Shown here piece after piece: positions 59,167 to 64,000 of a stretch of DNA of 64,000 nt. Made by a program: the position numbers and the translations under genes. Source of the DNA: Phascolarctobacterium sp. (lineage in GTDB: Bacteria; Bacillota; Negativicutes; Acidaminococcales; Acidaminococcaceae); contig JAFUKD010000024.1 in NCBI GenBank assembly GCA_017467905.1, forward strand, positions 25,958-89,957. Reading direction: 5' to 3'. Position 1 is the stretch's first letter, and every line of letters starts with the position of its first letter. Below the pieces are notes generated by a model. It was not told the DNA's origin, did no database searches, and saw only the letters and a program-made list of their open reading frames with translations.

Positions 59167-59667
59167 CTACTGACAACATCCACACTCGCGTTCCGCTTGT
59201 CGCTTCGCCTTATTCTCCTTGCGTCTGCGTTTAAAAAAGTCCTTCATAACACCAGCACACTCTTCCTCGCAAACGCCACTAACAACTTCTGCACAGTGGT
59301 TCAAGTTAGGATTGGTGATGATGTTAAAAATAGATTCTGCGCCACCAGCCTTCACATCAGGGCAACCATAAACCACTCTGTCAATTCTGCTGTTGATAAT
59401 GGCACCGCTACACATGGGACAAGGCTCTACGGTAACGTACAAGGTACAACCACTCAAGCGCCAACGTGCCAGCCTTTTACAGGCTTCTTCAATAACAATA
59501 ACCTCCGCGTGAGCAATAGCACTTTGCCAGGTTTCCCGCATATTGTGCGCTGCGCAAACTACCTCCCCCTCGTGGACAAGGACTGCGCCAATGGGAATCT
59601 CTCCTAATTCCGCCGCCTTGCGTGCTTCCTCCAAGGCAAGCTGCATATAATAACGGTCATCCATCAT
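59167..59667 (-). CDS. tadA: tRNA-specific adenosine deaminase TadA
   Basis: Contains the HAEVIVIEEA and PCPMCSGA zinc motifs. Its start overlaps the ABC-F stop (ATGATGA). Confidence 0.85.
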   Translation of the reverse strand: MMDDRYYMQLALEEARKAAELGEIPIGAVLVHEGEVVCAAHNMRETWQSAIAHAEVIVIEEACKRLARWRLSGCTLYVTVEPCPMCSGAIINSRIDRVVYGCPDVKAGGAESIFNIITNPNLNHCAEVVSGVCEEECAGVMKDFFKRRRKENKAKRQAERECGCCQ

Positions 59668-61601
59668 CCTTCGCTCGCCTCCATTAACTGCTCCCACTTT
59701 TCCATCAGTTCCATAATTTTATTTTCGTACTCGTCGTGCTCCGCAGCCATTGCCGCACTTTGAGCAGGATCCGCGTGGTTGGCAGGGTCAGCCATCTTCA
59801 TTTCTAAAAGCTTCATCATTGCTTCCTGCTCGCGAATACTCAGCTCCACTTTAGGTAACAGCTTCTTCGCTTCGTCAGGACTATAACGTCGTTGTTTATT
59901 TTTGGCTTCAACTTTTACAGAAGCAACTTGCGGTGCGTTCTTCTTCGCTTGCTGTTCCGCATACAGGCGTTGCTTTTCCAGTTCAGCTTCCCGCTCCGCC
60001 ACAAGAGCAGCTTCCTTCGCACGCTCTTCCTGATAAAATTCGTAATTGCCTTTATAGTCTTTTACTTGTCCGTCTTCAAATTCCCAAATACGGTTCGCCA
60101 CTTCATTAATGAAGTAACGGTCATGGCTGACAACTAAAACTGTACCGTCAAAGGCAGTCAGCGCTGCCTCCACAGTTTCGCGAGCCATGATGTCCAAATG
60201 GTTGGTAGGCTCGTCCAGCACTAAGCAGTTAGCTCCATCGAGCACCAGCTTCAACAAAACTAGCCTTGCCTTCTGACCACCGCTAAGAGTACCAATTTCT
60301 TTGAACACATCATCGCCGTGGAACAACATTCCTCCAAGCATGGAGCGGGTATGCTCTTCCGTAAAGCCATATTCAATGACGAAGTTTTCCAGTAAGGTCT
60401 GTTTGGGGTTAAGTCTTTCATAGGTTTGGGAGAAGTAACCTATCTGCACTCGGTTGCCAATCTTCGCCCTGCCTTTAAGGGGTTCCACTTCGCCCAAGAT
60501 GGTTTTCAAAAGAGTGGTCTTCCCCGTACCGTTGGCTCCCATCAGGGCAGCCTTCTCTCCACGTCGCAGAGTAAGGTTGATTCCCTTGGCAAGCACGTTA
60601 TCGCCATAACCAATGGTCAAATCTTCCATAATCAGTACTCTATCAGCACATTCAGCCGCAGGAGGCAGACGCAATTCAAATTCTTCATTATATACAGGTG
60701 CATCAATACGTTCCAGTCTATCCAGTTGGGACTGCCGACCGCGCGCCATTTTGCTTTTAATGCCTGCTTTAAAGCGACGAATATATGCCTCCGTCCGAGC
60801 GATATAATCCTGTTGTGCATTGTAGGCAGCTTCCAAGGTTTGAGTTTGGATTGCCTTCTGCTCTAAATATTTGCTGTAATTGCCCTTAAAGCTTTGCAGC
60901 TTACCGCCTTCCATTTCCAAAATGCGGGTCGCCACATTATCCAGAAAGGCTCGGTCATGGCTGACAACAATCAAGCCGCCACGAAATTCACGCAAATATC
61001 CTTCTAACCATTGGGTCATCAAAATATCCAGATGGTTGGTAGGTTCGTCAAGAATCATAAAGTCCGGATTACGCACCAGTGCAGCCGCCAACATCAGGCG
61101 AGTTTTTTGCCCACCGCTCAAGGTTGCGGCGTCCTTTTCCCACCAGTCCTCTTTGTACCCCAAACCTATGAGCACGCGTTTAATGCGAGCTTCCAAATTG
61201 TAACCGTCCATGTGCTCATAGCGTTTAGTAACGCGAGCATATTCCTCCAGTACTTCGTCAAGCTCTGCTCCGTCCAATTCAGCAGAAGCCTCTTCAAGCT
61301 GCTGCAGCTTCTCACGCAAGCCTAAAATTTCCGGACAGCTCTTGAGCATAAATTGCCAAATGGTTCCTTCGATATCCGTAAAGCCCTGCTGCACATAACC
61401 AACACTGGTTCCCGGTTCAAACTTAATAGCTCCCTTATCCACGTATTCAGGATTCAGCAGGCAGCGAAGCAAAGTAGTCTTACCACTACCGTTAACGCCT
61501 ACCAAGCCAAGATGCTCGCCCTGTTCCACCATAAAGCTGACATTTTTAAATATTTCATTGATACCAAAGGCCTTCGCCACATTATCTACAACTAATTGCA
61601 T
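59664..61601 (-). CDS. ABC-F family ATPase (second copy in the window)
   Basis: Walker A motifs GVNGSGKTT and GANGTGKTT, signature motifs LSGGQKTR and LSGGQKAR, and a charged C-terminal extension. Confidence 0.85.
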   Translation of the reverse strand: MQLVVDNVAKAFGINEIFKNVSFMVEQGEHLGLVGVNGSGKTTLLRCLLNPEYVDKGAIKFEPGTSVGYVQQGFTDIEGTIWQFMLKSCPEILGLREKLQQLEEASAELDGAELDEVLEEYARVTKRYEHMDGYNLEARIKRVLIGLGYKEDWWEKDAATLSGGQKTRLMLAAALVRNPDFMILDEPTNHLDILMTQWLEGYLREFRGGLIVVSHDRAFLDNVATRILEMEGGKLQSFKGNYSKYLEQKAIQTQTLEAAYNAQQDYIARTEAYIRRFKAGIKSKMARGRQSQLDRLERIDAPVYNEEFELRLPPAAECADRVLIMEDLTIGYGDNVLAKGINLTLRRGEKAALMGANGTGKTTLLKTILGEVEPLKGRAKIGNRVQIGYFSQTYERLNPKQTLLENFVIEYGFTEEHTRSMLGGMLFHGDDVFKEIGTLSGGQKARLVLLKLVLDGANCLVLDEPTNHLDIMARETVEAALTAFDGTVLVVSHDRYFINEVANRIWEFEDGQVKDYKGNYEFYQEERAKEAALVAEREAELEKQRLYAEQQAKKNAPQVASVKVEAKNKQRRYSPDEAKKLLPKVELSIREQEAMMKLLEMKMADPANHADPAQSAAMAAEHDEYENKIMELMEKWEQLMEASEG

Positions 61602-61745
61602 TTCTACCTCTCAAAACCAATATAAGCACTGCTATGCTTCGTAACAGTACTTCCATCAATTTTCCATTGTTTATATGTAACATTCTATCAAATTAATATA
61701 ACAAAAGCAAAAGACCACCTGCCTAAAGCAAGTGGTCTAAAATTT

Positions 61746-62735
61746 TTATTCATTATATCCGTAGGGATGCCCCTTGTGCCAATTCCAAGCAGTGCTGATA
61801 ACCTCTTCCACATTGCTGTGTTCAGGAACCCAGCCCAATTCTTCGCGAATCTTTTCACTGGAAGCAATAAGCACCGCAGGGTCACCTGCACGACGAGCTT
61901 CTTCCACTACAGTAAAGTCAACACCGGTAACACGTTTTGCGCTATCAATAATCTGGCGCACACTAAAACCATTTTCGCTGCCAAGATTATAGACACGGCT
62001 AGCGCCACCTTTTAACAAATACTGCAAGGCAAGCACGTGGGCCTTCGCCAAATCACAAACATGAATGTAGTCACGCACACAAGTACCATCTTCCGTAGGA
62101 TAATCAGTACCATAAATGGCAACCTGTTTACGTACGCCTTGAGCAGTTTTTAAAACGAGGGGAATCAAATGGCTTTCAGGATTATGGTCTTCGCCAATCA
62201 CACGAGTGGGGGAAGCGCCAGCAGCGTTAAAGTAGCGAAGCGCCACATAACGCATATCATAAGCCATATCGTAATCTGCCAGCATACCTTCAATAACTAA
62301 TTTGCTACGACCGTAAACATTGGTAGGTTGCAGCTTGCTATCTTCTTTAATAGGTACTTCTTCCGGCTCGCCGTAAACTGCCGCAGTAGAACTGAAAACA
62401 ATTCTATCAACCCCAGCCCCACGCATTGCTTCCAGCAAATGGAAGGAGCCTTCCACATTGTTGAAATAATACTTAGAGGGATTCTCCATGCTTTCGCCCA
62501 CCAGACTGCTTGCCGCAAAATGGATGACAGCGTCAATTTCGTATTGCTCCATAATGTGTTTAGCAAAGGTTACATTATGAATATCACCTTCAATCAGCTG
62601 CACATCTTCAGGAACAGCAGCTGCATGTCCGGTAGAAAGATTATCGTAAACAATGGGGGTGAAGCCTGCTTTTTGCAAAGCCTCCACAACGTGGGAGCCA
62701 ATATAGCCTGCACCACCGGTAACAAGAATATTCAT
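61746..62735 (-). CDS. galE: UDP-glucose 4-epimerase
   Basis: MNILVTGGAGYIGSH, with YGRSK as the YxxxK motif. 329 aa. Confidence 0.85.
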   Translation of the reverse strand: MNILVTGGAGYIGSHVVEALQKAGFTPIVYDNLSTGHAAAVPEDVQLIEGDIHNVTFAKHIMEQYEIDAVIHFAASSLVGESMENPSKYYFNNVEGSFHLLEAMRGAGVDRIVFSSTAAVYGEPEEVPIKEDSKLQPTNVYGRSKLVIEGMLADYDMAYDMRYVALRYFNAAGASPTRVIGEDHNPESHLIPLVLKTAQGVRKQVAIYGTDYPTEDGTCVRDYIHVCDLAKAHVLALQYLLKGGASRVYNLGSENGFSVRQIIDSAKRVTGVDFTVVEEARRAGDPAVLIASSEKIREELGWVPEHSNVEEVISTAWNWHKGHPYGYNE

Positions 62736-62747
62736 TAGCTTCTCCTT

Positions 62748-63632
62748 TTATTTGCCAGTTTCTTTGGCAACAATATCTTGCAAATAGGTCAAGAACTTGT
62801 CGCGCAAATCGTCACGTTTCAATGCCATTTCCACAGTAGCTTCAAGGAAGCCTTGCTTGTCGCCCACGTCGTAGCGGCGGCCTTCAAAGTTGTAAGCGTA
62901 CATTGCTTGTTCCTTCGCCAAAACTTGGAGAGCATCAGTCAATTGAATCTCATTACCACGACCAGGTTGGGTAACTTCCAAAATGGGGAAGATTTCCGGA
63001 TTAATAACATAGCGGCCAAGCACTGCCAAACGGGAGGGAGCTTCTTCCACAGGAGGCTTTTCCACCATATCAGTTACGGTGAAGGTGCGAGCGTCATCAG
63101 TAGGTTGGGAAGCAACAATGCCGTAGCTGGAAACTTTTTCCAACGGAACTTCCTGCACGCCAAGAACGCTGCTGCCAGTTTTGTCGTACACGTCAATAAG
63201 CTGTTTCAGAGCAGGAACTTCGCCGTCAACCACGTCATCACCTAACAAAACCGCAAAGGGTTCATCACCAACAAATTGTTTAGCGCACAATATTGCATGA
63301 CCCAGTCCACGGGGTTCTTTTTGACGCACGTAATGGACACGAATACCTGCAATCTCACGTACCATTTCCAAATCTTTCAGCTTGCCACCTTTTTCAAGGT
63401 TCAATTCCAATTCAATGCTTCTATCGAAATGGTCTTCAATAGCACGTTTGGTGCGACCGGTAATAATCAAAACATCTTCGATGCCAGAAGCAAGAGCTTC
63501 TTCAATAATATATTGCAAAGTGGGTTTGTCCACGATGGGAATCATCTCTTTAGGAACAGCTTTGGTCGCCGGCAAAAAGCGAGTGCCTAAACCAGCGGCA
63601 GGAATAACTGCCTTACGAACTTTTTTGAACAT
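62748..63632 (-). CDS. galU: UTP--glucose-1-phosphate uridylyltransferase
   Basis: [24 protein letters not shown]...VDKP. Start set at MFKKVRK just after the upstream stop, with a GGAGAGGAAG RBS. Confidence 0.85.
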   Translation of the reverse strand: MFKKVRKAVIPAAGLGTRFLPATKAVPKEMIPIVDKPTLQYIIEEALASGIEDVLIITGRTKRAIEDHFDRSIELELNLEKGGKLKDLEMVREIAGIRVHYVRQKEPRGLGHAILCAKQFVGDEPFAVLLGDDVVDGEVPALKQLIDVYDKTGSSVLGVQEVPLEKVSSYGIVASQPTDDARTFTVTDMVEKPPVEEAPSRLAVLGRYVINPEIFPILEVTQPGRGNEIQLTDALQVLAKEQAMYAYNFEGRRYDVGDKQGFLEATVEMALKRDDLRDKFLTYLQDIVAKETGK

Positions 63633-63633
63633 T

Positions 63634-64000
63634 TTATGCTTCCTCTCCACCAATAATTTCTAAAATTTCTGCGGTCTTTTCTGCCAACAGCTCTTTATCG
63701 CCCTTGGTTTCTACGTTCAGACGCATTACAGGCTCAGTGTTGGAGGTACGCACGTTAAAGCGCCAAGTATCATAGGCAACACTCAAGCCGTCCATTTTGT
63801 CCTGCTGGCCATCAGCGTATCTAGCTTCCAATGCTTGCAAGATTGCGGCGCTGTCATCAACTTTACGATTGATTTCGCCACTGCAGGGGAACATGTCCAC
63901 ACGCGCACCAACCAATTCGGAAAGCTTCTTGCCGCTGCGGCACATCAGCTCTGCTACCAAAAGCCAAGGAATCATACCGCTATCGCAGTAGGAAAAATCG
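63634..64000 (-). CDS. Phosphomannomutase/phosphoglucomutase, C-terminal part (5' end outside the window)
   Basis: The frame is open to the window edge. Contains the [28 protein letters not shown] domain-4 motif. Confidence 0.75.
   Translation of the reverse strand, partial: DFSYCDSGMIPWLLVAELMCRSGKKLSELVGARVDMFPCSGEINRKVDDSAAILQALEARYADGQQDKMDGLSVAYDTWRFNVRTSNTEPVMRLNVETKGDKELLAEKTAEILEIIGGEEA

Overview
The gene content suggests a 64-kb window from a moderate-GC diderm Firmicute (Negativicutes-like). TamB, Skp/OmpH, a TonB-dependent receptor and an autotransporter sit beside Firmicute-type yycJ-htrA-rlmH synteny. Almost all genes are on the minus strand.

The flanks look like ordinary chromosome. 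On the left (1-10.5 kb) are a frameshifted sigma factor with a putative anti-sigma, tamB, a DUF1624-like membrane protein, a MATE pump, an ABC-F ATPase and a barnase/barstar pair. On the right (45.9-64 kb) are rlmH, htrA, yycJ-like MBL hydrolase, deoC, clpB, lrgAB, metH with a separate activation-domain protein, metF, tRNA-Ser(CGA), tadA, a second ABC-F, galE, galU and a partial phosphomannomutase.

The centre (about 10.57-45.88 kb) reads as a ~35-kb genomic island inserted into the 3' end of rlmH. It is bounded by a 24-nt direct repeat that includes the rlmH stop codon. It carries two adjacent large serine recombinases, an arrangement like staphylococcal SCC/CcrAB elements.

Island content, starting from the rlmH side:
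- a 347-aa orphan gene;
- a ~740-bp ORF-free, GC-rich, hairpin-dense region with iteron-like repeats;
- four tandem paralogous genes, one with an intact P-loop and three with degenerate Walker motifs, separated by GC-rich hairpins;
- the two recombinases;
- Phd/Doc;
- a Rad52-like plus Cas4-like recombination module with an embedded ribosomal protein S6 paralogue;
- an excisionase-like HTH;
- a GTPase and a resolvase;
- a putative cobalamin riboswitch followed by a TonB-dependent receptor, a 2910-aa modular autotransporter and a dedicated Skp-like chaperone.

No CRISPR array, rRNA gene or IS transposase was recognised. All family calls come from reading motifs by eye, with no database search.
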